A DNA stretch of 64,000 nt from an uncultured Clostridium sp. Lineage in GTDB: Bacteria; Bacillota; Clostridia; TANB77; CAG-508. Below, one piece after another: positions 19,988 through 28,817 of the stretch (within the stretch, counting starts at the first letter, position 1; each line of letters starts with the position of its first letter). The DNA is taken from positions 10,158 through 74,157 of the forward strand of contig CAMYZH010000002.1 of assembly GCA_947303785.1 (NCBI GenBank). Direction: 5' to 3'. The position numbers were made by a program, and so were the translations under genes. The notes under the pieces are model-generated. The model saw only the letters and a program-made list of their open reading frames with translations. It ran no database searches and was not told the origin of the DNA.

Positions 19988-22297
19988 TTATTCAACACTT
20001 ATGGCTCGTAATTTTGATAAATCTATAACAGAAACCTTTCCATCTCCATTTATGTCAGCTGCATCAAATTGAACTCCTGTAAGTATTGAGCCTTTAAGTT
20101 CAACTAAATGTGCTCTCATTTTTGAAATATCCAAAGCTCTAGAATATAAATTTCCTCCCGATCCAGAAATATCAGAAATAACAGATATTTCATAATATTC
20201 ATTTCCTACTTTTATCTTATACCCTGTTCTCACTAAAGTTGTTGTAGCCGTTTTTCCATCTTTATCAACTATTGTGTATGCTTTGTTCACAGAGATTTTT
20301 GCTTTGAATTGGCTTATTGTTGTTCCTTTTGGTACTCTTAAAATCATTTTATTTTTAATAGTATATGTGCTACTTTTTATAACAGTTGCTGGTGTTGTCG
20401 GACTTGGTGATGGACTTGGTGATGGGCTTGGTGACGAGCTTGGTGATGGGCTTGGTGATGAACTTGGTGACGAGCTTGGCGATGGGCTTGGTGACGAGCT
20501 TGGTGATGGGCTTGGTGATGAACTTGGTGATGGACTTGGTGATGGACTTGGTGACGAGCTTGGTGATGGGCTTGGTGACGAGCTTGGTGATGGGCTTGGT
20601 GATGAACTTGGTGACGAGCTTGGTGATGGGCTTGGTGATGAACTTGGCGATGGGCTTGGTGATGAACTTGGCGATGGGCTTGGTGTCGGATCTGGTTTTT
20701 CAATCATCTCAACATTTTTGGTAAATGCTCTAACACAGATATCTGCTCGAATTATCTCATAATTATAAGTTCCATTCATATCAAATTCCAAATTATCTCC
20801 TGTAAATACTAAATAATTTGCATTTTTATGAATTGTAACATACTTATACGCTTCACTATCGACTTGTGCTTCACATGCAATTGTTGCCCCACTTTGACAT
20901 TTATATGTAATAGCAATAGAAAATTTGTCTTTTGTTAATATAACATTCTCTATATCTACAGCTACAATTCCTGGTTCCAAATTAACATCTGTTTTCAATA
21001 ATTTATAATTAACAGGCATTCCATTATTATCAAAGCTTTCAGTATAATAAATATCTGCAGTCTGATAATCCAAAGAAGTAATACTAACCTGTTTTAATTC
21101 CTCATCTTCAGAATATTTCCTTTCAAAAATATTAGCTGCTGTTGATTGAGCTACATAGGTGTTAAAATCTGCACACACACCTAATTCATCATTTAGGTAA
21201 ATATTATCATACTTATCATCTGAAATATTTGTAAGTCCATATAAAGTTTGATCAACATAATAATCATCATAAGAAATGTAAATATATCCATCATAAAATG
21301 CATCTTCTCCATATGAATTTAATGCTATATAGGCACCTTTGTGCAACCATTCAAAGTCTCCTTCTATATCACATCCGCCATTTTGTGGCATATAATCATC
21401 ATCCCAACCTACTATTAAAACAGCATGATTATACTGTAAAGTCTCTCCATTCTCATCTTTAACAGGTTTCATAAACACATCTTTATCATTTTCCATTTGC
21501 AAGATACAAGCCATTACAGAACCATTATCTTTTATCTGTTGTTTCACAATATTACGAAAAGTATTTGGATTATCCATTTTTGCACCATCATCAAATAGAT
21601 TATAATATGTTACATTTCCTTCTTCGTCATATTCTTTCTGAATTGATGGCAATATCACATATCCATTTACTTCTTTTTGCGTACCATGCTCCGTATCTAA
21701 TTCTGATACATTCACTCTAGTTTGTGGAACATTAGATGGAAAATCTGATTCTAAAACAGGTCCATATCCAGAAGTTGCATAATTAGTAGCCATTGAAAAG
21801 TTTCCAAATCCTTCTAATGCATCTCTATTTAATCTGTTTTCTTTGATGGTTCCATCTGCAAAAACATTGCTTGACCATTGACTAATATGTCTTGGAGAAT
21901 ACAAATCATCCTTATCAGAAGTATTTTTCAAATTATTGTAACACTGAATTGCAGAAGTAAATGTATATGCCCAACATTCATTAGTATCTTTTCCATTCAC
22001 CATCTGATTTCTAACTGTTAATTCGTTCTTATAGCTTGGTATGTATTTGGCTCCAACACTAATTTGTGAATTATTTAAAGCAAATTTTTCCAATAATTTT
22101 CCAACCTTCTTAGTGGCAGATGATTTTTCTGTTATTGAATCATATTTAATTCGCATAATTTTTCCTTTATCATCTACTACAGGTTCCAATTCAAGTTCTA
22201 CAGCCTTAACAGATGAGAAAAGAGAAAAAAATAACACACATATGAGCAAGCACCAAAATAACTTCGTTGTTTTCATTTTTAAAATTACCTTTCCCAA
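19988..22297 (-). CDS. Secreted papain-family (C1) cysteine peptidase with a long P/S linker and a C-terminal dockerin
   Basis: Catalytic Cys context NECWAYTFTSAI and His context NHAVLIVGWDD. There are about 100 aa of (SPSP/SSSP)n. The C-terminus has DISGSGG..LDISKMR and DINGDGKVSVIDLSKLR (dockerin duplicated Ca-binding segments). The probable true start is the ATG at 22276 (MKTTKLFWCLLICVLFF signal). Confidence 0.8.
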   Translation of the reverse strand: MGKVILKMKTTKLFWCLLICVLFFSLFSSVKAVELELEPVVDDKGKIMRIKYDSITEKSSATKKVGKLLEKFALNNSQISVGAKYIPSYKNELTVRNQMVNGKDTNECWAYTFTSAIQCYNNLKNTSDKDDLYSPRHISQWSSNVFADGTIKENRLNRDALEGFGNFSMATNYATSGYGPVLESDFPSNVPQTRVNVSELDTEHGTQKEVNGYVILPSIQKEYDEEGNVTYYNLFDDGAKMDNPNTFRNIVKQQIKDNGSVMACILQMENDKDVFMKPVKDENGETLQYNHAVLIVGWDDDYMPQNGGCDIEGDFEWLHKGAYIALNSYGEDAFYDGYIYISYDDYYVDQTLYGLTNISDDKYDNIYLNDELGVCADFNTYVAQSTAANIFERKYSEDEELKQVSITSLDYQTADIYYTESFDNNGMPVNYKLLKTDVNLEPGIVAVDIENVILTKDKFSIAITYKCQSGATIACEAQVDSEAYKYVTIHKNANYLVFTGDNLEFDMNGTYNYEIIRADICVRAFTKNVEMIEKPDPTPSPSPSSSPSPSPSSSPSPSPSSSPSSSPSPSPSSSPSPSPSSSPSPSPSPSPSSSPSPSPSSSPSPSPSSSPSSSPSPSPSSSPSPSPSPSPSPTTPATVIKSSTYTIKNKMILRVPKGTTISQFKAKISVNKAYTIVDKDGKTATTTLVRTGYKIKVGNEYYEISVISDISGSGGNLYSRALDISKMRAHLVELKGSILTGVQFDAADINGDGKVSVIDLSKLRAISVE
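20395..20695 (-). repeat. Coding tandem repeat, 12-nt unit (ACCAAGCCCATC-like) encoding the SPSP linker
   Basis: About 25 near-identical 12-nt units are visible on the plus strand as gatgggcttggt/gacgagcttggt/gatgaacttggt. Confidence 0.9.
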
Positions 22298-22632
22298 GTA
22301 TTAATCTATTATTTGGCAACATTCTAAAACAAAACAATACTTTTTTAAAGTCCTATAATTCTAATACTATAAGGAATATTTTTAATAACTTCTTACGGAA
22401 TTATGCAACTTTACCTAATTTTTATTTAATATAATTTTTATATATCTTTTTAATAACAAAATCTGCTTTTTAACAAAGTTTTCTTAGGTATACTTGCATT
22501 TGCAGCTTTTTGAATTGTTAACATTTTGTATCTTTTTTGTAATATATCTGTTATATCTTTTAAGTGACATAATAGGTATAATAATATTGATAACATTTAT
22601 AAAAGTTTGTCACAAACTATTAGGAGACTATA

Positions 22633-23727
22633 ATGGGAATAAATTTTTTACTAAAAAAAGAAGGTTTAGATAATATAACACGATTAAATACTATGCAAAT
22701 AAATAAAATTGCTTCATACATTTCAGAAAAATTATGTTCATCATTTCCAGATTTGCACTTGTCTCAAAGTCGCTTATTTATGCAACTTTCAAGATTAGAT
22801 ATGTATACTGCACATATGCAAGATAATCAAGCCAGTGCAAAATATGTTTATGGAAATAATTCAATTTATTTTAATGAAAACCTAGATTTAAATAATATTG
22901 ATATTGCTGCAATTCATGAATGTATTCACTATTTGCAAGAATTTAAAAATCAAAAGGGGAAATTAATAAAACTTGGTTTATATGATTTGGAAAAACAGAC
23001 TGGACTTGCTTTAAATGAAGCTGCTGTACAAATAATTGCTAGCAGAACATCTGACAAGCCAACATATGAATCTGTAACATATTATGGAATGTCATTTATT
23101 TCTGAAAGTCCTGAATACTATCCATTAGAATGTGCATTAGTTTCTCAAATGACATTCTTTACAGGCGATGAAGCACTTTATTTTAGTACACTGTATAGTT
23201 CTCCAATGTTCGAAAGAAATTTTAGAAGTTTTTCTACAGAAAATACTTATCAAGAAGTAGAAATGGCACTTGACAAATTAATGAACCTTGAAAGCGAGCT
23301 TGCTCAGCTTACTATCAAATATCAATCTTCGGCTTCTGATAAATTAAAGTTATTGCAAAAGCAAATAGATTCCAAAAAGAAAACTATAACATCTTTATGC
23401 ATAAAAATACAAAACAGAATAATAGATAATTGTTTTAAAAAACAATTTACAAAATTAGAAACTTTTGATGATATCAGAGAATTTGAAAACAATTTAATTG
23501 AGTTCGAAAAATATTTAATTATACCAGAAAACTATGAGTTTTATACGGAATTCAAAAATAAAATTGCTAAAGACATAAATTTTAAAAAAGATCAGATAAT
23601 TAAATATGGAAAATCTATTGATATTCCAAAAGAATATGGCGCATATCTACCGGCAATAACAACAACTAAAAAGTTATCTAAAATACAATCATTACTAAAA
23701 AGTTTAAAAAACTATTTATGGGGATAA
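22633..23727 (+). CDS. Hypothetical protein with an HExxH motif (possible metallopeptidase-like domain plus a coiled-coil tail)
   Basis: AAIHECIHYLQE. No signal peptide. RBS AGGAGACTATAATG. Confidence 0.55.
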   Translation: MGINFLLKKEGLDNITRLNTMQINKIASYISEKLCSSFPDLHLSQSRLFMQLSRLDMYTAHMQDNQASAKYVYGNNSIYFNENLDLNNIDIAAIHECIHYLQEFKNQKGKLIKLGLYDLEKQTGLALNEAAVQIIASRTSDKPTYESVTYYGMSFISESPEYYPLECALVSQMTFFTGDEALYFSTLYSSPMFERNFRSFSTENTYQEVEMALDKLMNLESELAQLTIKYQSSASDKLKLLQKQIDSKKKTITSLCIKIQNRIIDNCFKKQFTKLETFDDIREFENNLIEFEKYLIIPENYEFYTEFKNKIAKDINFKKDQIIKYGKSIDIPKEYGAYLPAITTTKKLSKIQSLLKSLKNYLWG

Positions 23728-23732
23728 ATGTT

Positions 23733-23761
23733 GTGTCAAATGGGACGGAGGATTTTGACAC
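23733..23761 (+). repeat. REP-like unit (GAG variant), left arm of a perfect inverted pair
   Basis: GTGTCAAATGGGACGGAGGATTTTGACAC. Confidence 0.9.
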
Positions 23762-23770
23762 ACCTTAAAA

Positions 23771-26700
23771 TTAGGTAGTGTCAAAATCCTCCGTCCCATT
23801 TGACACAAATCTATACTCATTTCTTGGTAGTTTAGGATCAAAATTGCAAATTGATTTATATTCGCAATATTCACAAGGTGTTTTCTTATTCAAGTAAAAT
23901 GGCTTTATATCTATACTTCCAGCAAATATTTCTTTTGAGATTTGGGATATAATATTTTTAGTGTATTTTTGCAATCTATCAAATTTTTCTTTATCTATTA
24001 CACTAGATTTTGATTTACTTATATTTCCTTCTTTATCAAGATAAACAGGAATAGAGTCAGAATATTTTGAAGGTTCTATCTTACTGTCCATCATTTTAAC
24101 AATGTCTATATCTGCAACCACTAATCCTTTCATTCTAAATTTTTTATTTAATTCTTTTCTTATCTCTTCATCACTTAGGTTTTTGCTTGCTTTAATTATT
24201 GTATCAATTAAACTAAAATATAAAACTCCTGCTGATTCAAAATTTTTCTGTTCTGAAACTTCATCAAGATATGTAAGTAATTGGATTTGAATTCCAGCTA
24301 TAACTTGTTTAAGATCTAAATCTCTAACAGAAGATTTATAATCTATAATTCTTACATATGTATTCTCATTTGTTTTTGCAATATCAATTCTATCTATTTT
24401 TCCGGTAACAACTACCTGATTTCCATTGTCTAATTCTAGTTTTAGTGGCTTAAATTCTGCCTTTTCATTAAACTCTACTTCATGTCCATATAGTTCAAAT
24501 TTGCTGTTTTTCAATTGTTCAATAATGTAGTCTATTGACTCAAAAATAACCTTCTTTAGTCTTCTTGTTAAAACAATAAACTTTGGTGTACTGCTAAAAA
24601 TATAGTTTTTGCTTATTTGCAATTTTTGATTAATAATATCTGAAATTATTTTGTATAGTTCGTCTTTCGTAATAGTCTTTACATCGAAATCTTTATCTTC
24701 AATTTTTGAAAATACTTCGTCAATTACTTCATGCATAAAATTACCTGTATCCAGAGATCTGATTTTAAATTCATCTTCCTCTTTCAATTTTAATCCATAT
24801 TTTAAATGAAACGAAAATGGGCATCTTCTATATTGTTCAAGTCTAGACACGCTTGTTCTTAAGCTATTTCCATACATTTTTTTAATATTCTCATAAGAAA
24901 TAGGCTTAGGAATATTTGTATAGCTTGCTCCACTAAAAATTCTTCCAATTCGTTTTGTATCATACTTTTTATACCAGGCTATTACTTCTTTCCATTCTTG
25001 CTCTATTTCTTCATCATCTATAAACTCACGATATTTTTCAACCACTCCATCTAAGGTAGCATCAACAGTTGTGATTTCAAAGTTTTCATTTACAATATTA
25101 CTTTTCTCATCTAAATTTGGAAAAATCTTCTTAATTTGTGCAATTATAATTGAACAACGTAAAGCATTACTTTCTTTGTCTGCAACAGGATATGATAAAA
25201 ATAGTTTTTCTTTTGGCATTGAAAGTGTTTTATATATATTAAATTGATTTTCATATAAAAGTTCAACTGAATTTTTAGCAATTTCAACATTATTTTCTTT
25301 TAATAAATCTCTATCAGAATCATTTAAAAAACCTTCATCTTTTACACTGCTAGGAATTACACCGTCATTTAGGCCAATCAAAAATAATGCCTTAATTTCT
25401 CTGTTTCTTGAACGATCAATATCTCCAAATAAAACTTGATCAAATGATGCAGGAATTCTCCCAAATTCGGATTCAGAAATTCCGATTTGAAGGATTTTAT
25501 TAAATCTTTCAAATGACATTTTTTCTTCATCAAATATTAAAACTATTTCATCAAGTACATTAAAGAAAAGCTCAATTCCTGCTCTATATTCATCAGCAAT
25601 TTCTATATTTCCGCTTTCTTCAAGTTTTTTAGCCTTATTTAAAATTGTTTCTTGAATTCCATTGCTTTCTATAAATTCATATAAACTTTTGCATATATTT
25701 TTCGCAGATTTTTCTCCAGTTAAGTTCTCTCTAAAGGCTAAAATGGGCGCAATTATCTGTTTTCTACATTCATTAATTCTCTCTTGAATATCATTTTTTT
25801 CTTCATAGGAAAAATCTTCTCTATACCATTTTGATCCTCGAATCCCCCATTTGTTAACATAATTTTCAAGTAAAAAAACATCATTTTCATCCAATTGTAA
25901 AATGCCTGATTTTATATAAGAAAACATTGCTTCATATGAAAAATTTGATGAAAAAATGTTAAGTAATGAAATTACATATTTCATTAAAATATTATTAGTT
26001 ATATCTTTCTTTTCATCAACAAAAACAGGAATATTGTATCTACTAAAAATATTCTTTATGTCATCAGAATAGGTTTGAACATCTGCTGCTACAACAGCAA
26101 TATCCTTATATCTATATTCTCCTTGTTTTACGAGTTTTAAAATACTTTTGGCAACATTTTCAACTTCTGAAATTGGATTTTTGGCTATAAATAAGGTAAT
26201 ATCCTTGGTTTTATCAATCATCTTTTCTTGCTTTATAGAATAAATATTTTTTTCTAAAGCTTGTAACTCTAAGGTTTTAAATTTTTTAGATTCTCCCATG
26301 TCAATTTTTTCTACAAAGGAACCTGTTCTTTTAGCTATTTCTAGTAATTTTTCGGCTGTTATCTGATTAAAATAATAAATACTTTCACTAGCATTATCCA
26401 CTTTTTGTAAAGAATCTGTGCAAATCGTAACCGTTATTTCTTTTGAAATTGTGCAAAGTTTTTCAATAATTTGAAATTCATTTGGAGTAAATCCAGCAAA
26501 TTCATCAATATAAATAATTGCATTATTAAAATAATCTACAAGTTCAATATTTTGTGCAAGTAAATCTAGTTTGTCTGCTTCATCTAGAAAACTCCCTTCA
26601 ATTCGATCTTGATATTTATTTAATATTTTTTGAGAATCTGCTAATTTTAGTTGCAAATATTTATCATCTATTTTCTCCGAAATCATCATCAAATCTGATG

Positions 26701-27091
26701 ATCTAACATTATGTTTTTTAAATTCAGTAATCATTCGTGATGCAACATCTAAATTTTTGTCAGAACTACGCAAAAAGTTTAATTCACTTTTTAGTTTCTC
26801 TAAGCAATCATATATAATCATCGTTTTTCCGACTTTAGATAGATGTATTGTAGAATTTCCAATAACATCAGAAATGACCCTATCTGCCATTCTGCTCAAA
26901 GTTAAAACTTCAGCATTAATACTGCTCTTTGTTTCAAGTGTTTCTAACAAGTGATTTTCCGCAGAAAAAGAGAATTGCTCAGGTACTATAATATAAATTT
27001 TACTATCTCCATCAATTTTTTCTTTTATATCATTAAAAATATAGCTGGTTTTACCAGAACCGCTTCTACCATATAGTAATCTAAACTCCAT
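23771..27091 (-). CDS. addB: Helicase-nuclease AddAB, subunit B
   Basis: MEFRLLYGRSGSGKTS Walker A N-terminus. C-terminal nuclease/Fe-S cysteines (RRCPFSFHLKYGL ... CEYCEYKSIC). The length is typical. Confidence 0.9.
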   Translation of the reverse strand: MEFRLLYGRSGSGKTSYIFNDIKEKIDGDSKIYIIVPEQFSFSAENHLLETLETKSSINAEVLTLSRMADRVISDVIGNSTIHLSKVGKTMIIYDCLEKLKSELNFLRSSDKNLDVASRMITEFKKHNVRSSDLMMISEKIDDKYLQLKLADSQKILNKYQDRIEGSFLDEADKLDLLAQNIELVDYFNNAIIYIDEFAGFTPNEFQIIEKLCTISKEITVTICTDSLQKVDNASESIYYFNQITAEKLLEIAKRTGSFVEKIDMGESKKFKTLELQALEKNIYSIKQEKMIDKTKDITLFIAKNPISEVENVAKSILKLVKQGEYRYKDIAVVAADVQTYSDDIKNIFSRYNIPVFVDEKKDITNNILMKYVISLLNIFSSNFSYEAMFSYIKSGILQLDENDVFLLENYVNKWGIRGSKWYREDFSYEEKNDIQERINECRKQIIAPILAFRENLTGEKSAKNICKSLYEFIESNGIQETILNKAKKLEESGNIEIADEYRAGIELFFNVLDEIVLIFDEEKMSFERFNKILQIGISESEFGRIPASFDQVLFGDIDRSRNREIKALFLIGLNDGVIPSSVKDEGFLNDSDRDLLKENNVEIAKNSVELLYENQFNIYKTLSMPKEKLFLSYPVADKESNALRCSIIIAQIKKIFPNLDEKSNIVNENFEITTVDATLDGVVEKYREFIDDEEIEQEWKEVIAWYKKYDTKRIGRIFSGASYTNIPKPISYENIKKMYGNSLRTSVSRLEQYRRCPFSFHLKYGLKLKEEDEFKIRSLDTGNFMHEVIDEVFSKIEDKDFDVKTITKDELYKIISDIINQKLQISKNYIFSSTPKFIVLTRRLKKVIFESIDYIIEQLKNSKFELYGHEVEFNEKAEFKPLKLELDNGNQVVVTGKIDRIDIAKTNENTYVRIIDYKSSVRDLDLKQVIAGIQIQLLTYLDEVSEQKNFESAGVLYFSLIDTIIKASKNLSDEEIRKELNKKFRMKGLVVADIDIVKMMDSKIEPSKYSDSIPVYLDKEGNISKSKSSVIDKEKFDRLQKYTKNIISQISKEIFAGSIDIKPFYLNKKTPCEYCEYKSICNFDPKLPRNEYRFVSNGTEDFDTT
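23778..23806 (-). repeat. REP-like unit (GAG variant), right arm of the inverted pair; overlaps the addB 3' end
   Basis: The reverse complement is identical to the copy at 23733, with a 16-nt spacer. It encodes the last residues of AddB (VSNGTEDFDTT). Confidence 0.9.
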
Positions 27092-27134
27092 ATAACCTCC
27101 TCATCATGCCAATATACTATAAACTGAACGCACT

Positions 27135-27692
27135 TTAGTCTAATACATTCAGCTCTTCTACAACTAGTTTTAAATCTTTCCAAAAATCAATTTTTTTAGT
27201 TTCATCCCTCAAAAGTGCAGCTGGATGAAAAGTTGGCATATATTTAATTCCCTTTTTCTCCACCCATTTTCCTCTACTTGAAGTAATAGAATATTCACTT
27301 CCAAGTACTGCTTTGAGAGCAACATTGCCTAACAATACAATAATCTTTGGATTTACTAAAACAACCTGGTTTCTCAAATAATTCAAACAGCACTCAACCT
27401 CATCTGACTCAGGATTTCTATTCATAGGTGGTCTACATTTTACTACATTAGCAATATAAACCTCATCTCTATCTATGCCAACGCCCCTAAAAGCTTCATT
27501 CATTAATTTTCCTGCTTTTCCAACAAAAGGAACTCCTTGTTCATCTTCATCAGCTCCAGGGCCTTCACCTATAAACATCACATCAGCCTTTTTATTTCCT
27601 GAGCCAAAAACAATATTCGTTCTATTTTTGCAAAGCTTACACTTTTGGCAATCCTTTATTGATTCTTCTAATTCTTCAAAACTATCAAACAT
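27135..27692 (-). CDS. Family 4 uracil-DNA glycosylase
   Basis: CQKCKLCKNRTNIVFGSGNKKADVMFIGEGPGADEDEQGVPFVGKAGKLM. The ATG at 27692 (GGAG 8-9 nt upstream) is preferred. The track start at 27716 lies inside a REP-like copy. Confidence 0.85.
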   Translation of the reverse strand: MFDSFEELEESIKDCQKCKLCKNRTNIVFGSGNKKADVMFIGEGPGADEDEQGVPFVGKAGKLMNEAFRGVGIDRDEVYIANVVKCRPPMNRNPESDEVECCLNYLRNQVVLVNPKIIVLLGNVALKAVLGSEYSITSSRGKWVEKKGIKYMPTFHPAALLRDETKKIDFWKDLKLVVEELNVLD

Positions 27693-27709
27693 CTCAACAT
27701 CTCCAAATA

Positions 27710-27738
27710 GTGTCAAATGGGACGCCCTTTTTTGACAC
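27710..27738 (+). repeat. REP-like unit (CCC variant), left arm of an inverted pair
   Basis: GTGTCAAATGGGACGCCCTTTTTTGACAC. Confidence 0.9.
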
Positions 27739-27797
27739 TACTTTTTTAATTTTTTCATTATTATACCATCAGTCAAAAGACTAATAATTAACTTTTG

Positions 27798-27826
27798 GTG
27801 TCAAAAAAGGGCGTCCCATTTGACAC
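27798..27826 (-). repeat. REP-like unit (CCC variant), right arm
   Basis: The reverse complement is identical to the copy at 27710, with a 59-nt AT-rich spacer. Confidence 0.9.
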
Positions 27827-27829
27827 TAA

Positions 27830-28633
27830 TTACAAACCAATCAATGCCGTACATAATCCATATTCTTTACTTTCGCCTCGATATGAATGAATCATATCAC
27901 TATTACACAAACTACAAATATTAGAATCATAAATATTTTTTGAATCAATTCCTTTATTCAATAACAAACATTTATTAATTCCCACCGTATCTATAAAATA
28001 CTTTCCTTCTTTATATCCATTCATAATAAAATCATTAATATTATCCAAAAAAGAAAACTGGTCATAAAACATATCTCTTACATCTTTATCGACCTCAAAA
28101 CAACATTTTCGAATACTAGGACATACACACACAATTATATCAGCCGTATTGCACCCAAATTTATCTACCATTTCATCTATTGCCACTTCAATAATTCTCC
28201 TATAAGATCCTCTCCATCCGGAATGAACATTAGCAATCACTTTTTTTCGCTTATCATATAACATATATAAAATACAGTCAGCATTTGTTGTTGCAAGCAC
28301 TAACCCTTGCGTATTTGTAATTGTTCCATCAACACCTTCAAGCAAAAATCTTTCATATACTTTGTCAACGATTTTTATATTATTTGTATGCTTTTGTATT
28401 GGCAAAATCAGATTATTAAAATCAAATCCTAACATCTTACATACTGGTTCATATGCTTTTTCTATTTCTTCTTTTTGAGCAAGTCTTCCTCTATAATTAT
28501 ATTCAAATCCTTTACATTTCAAAACATAGGCATGTTTAACTCCTAATCTAGAAAGCTCTCTAAATTGCAAATAACATATCCCACTTACATTAAATTGCTC
28601 AACAACATTATTCGATAAATCTCTCATATTCAC
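27830..28633 (-). CDS. pgeF: Peptidoglycan editing factor PgeF / YfiH (DUF152, laccase-domain) family
   Basis: NVHSGWRGSYRRI and CPSIRKCCFEV motifs. The start is either the GTG at 28633 or the ATG at 28627. Confidence 0.8.
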   Translation of the reverse strand: MNMRDLSNNVVEQFNVSGICYLQFRELSRLGVKHAYVLKCKGFEYNYRGRLAQKEEIEKAYEPVCKMLGFDFNNLILPIQKHTNNIKIVDKVYERFLLEGVDGTITNTQGLVLATTNADCILYMLYDKRKKVIANVHSGWRGSYRRIIEVAIDEMVDKFGCNTADIIVCVCPSIRKCCFEVDKDVRDMFYDQFSFLDNINDFIMNGYKEGKYFIDTVGINKCLLLNKGIDSKNIYDSNICSLCNSDMIHSYRGESKEYGLCTALIGL

Positions 28634-28682
28634 CTCACATGAAATATTATAACATAAATATATTGTATATCCAAATAAAAAT

Positions 28683-28726
28683 AAGAGGCTACAACATTAT
28701 AATTGTATTTCCTCTTATTTTATTTA
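28683..28726 (-). terminator. Terminator of the first giant-protein operon
   Basis: Minus strand: AAGAGG-aaa-TACAA-ttataatg-TTGTA-g-CCTCTT followed by ATTTTTATTT. Confidence 0.6.
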
Positions 28727-28752
28727 TTCCTTAAGTTTTAATTTTACAATCT

Positions 28753-28781
28753 GTGTCAAAAAGCTCCGTCCCACTTGACAC
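28753..28781 (-). repeat. REP-like unit (GAG variant)
   Basis: The reverse complement reads GTGTCAAGTGGGACGGAGCTTTTTGACAC. Confidence 0.85.
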
Positions 28782-28788
28782 ACTTTTA

Positions 28789-28817
28789 ATGTCATTTAAG
28801 CCCGTCCCCATTGACAC
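28789..28817 (-). repeat. Degenerate REP-like unit overlapping the last codons of the 2378-aa ORF
   Basis: The reverse complement reads GTGTCAATGGGGACGGGCTTAAATGACAT. It encodes ..GVNGDGLK plus the stop. Confidence 0.6.

Noticed and set aside
20274-20762. Plus-strand ORFs (20274..20762, 20386..20724) and the minus-strand alternative-frame ORF 20377..20703 (HQAH repeats) across the protease linker
   Set aside because: They are open only because the 12-nt repeat lacks stops in several frames. The SPSP frame is continuous with the flanking protease and dockerin domains.
23733-27826. The inverted REP pairs as terminal inverted repeats of an IS or composite transposon carrying addB-udg
   Set aside because: There is no transposase gene and no target-site duplication is evident. 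addB, udg and pgeF are core housekeeping genes, so the copies look like intergenic REP/MITE-type insertions.
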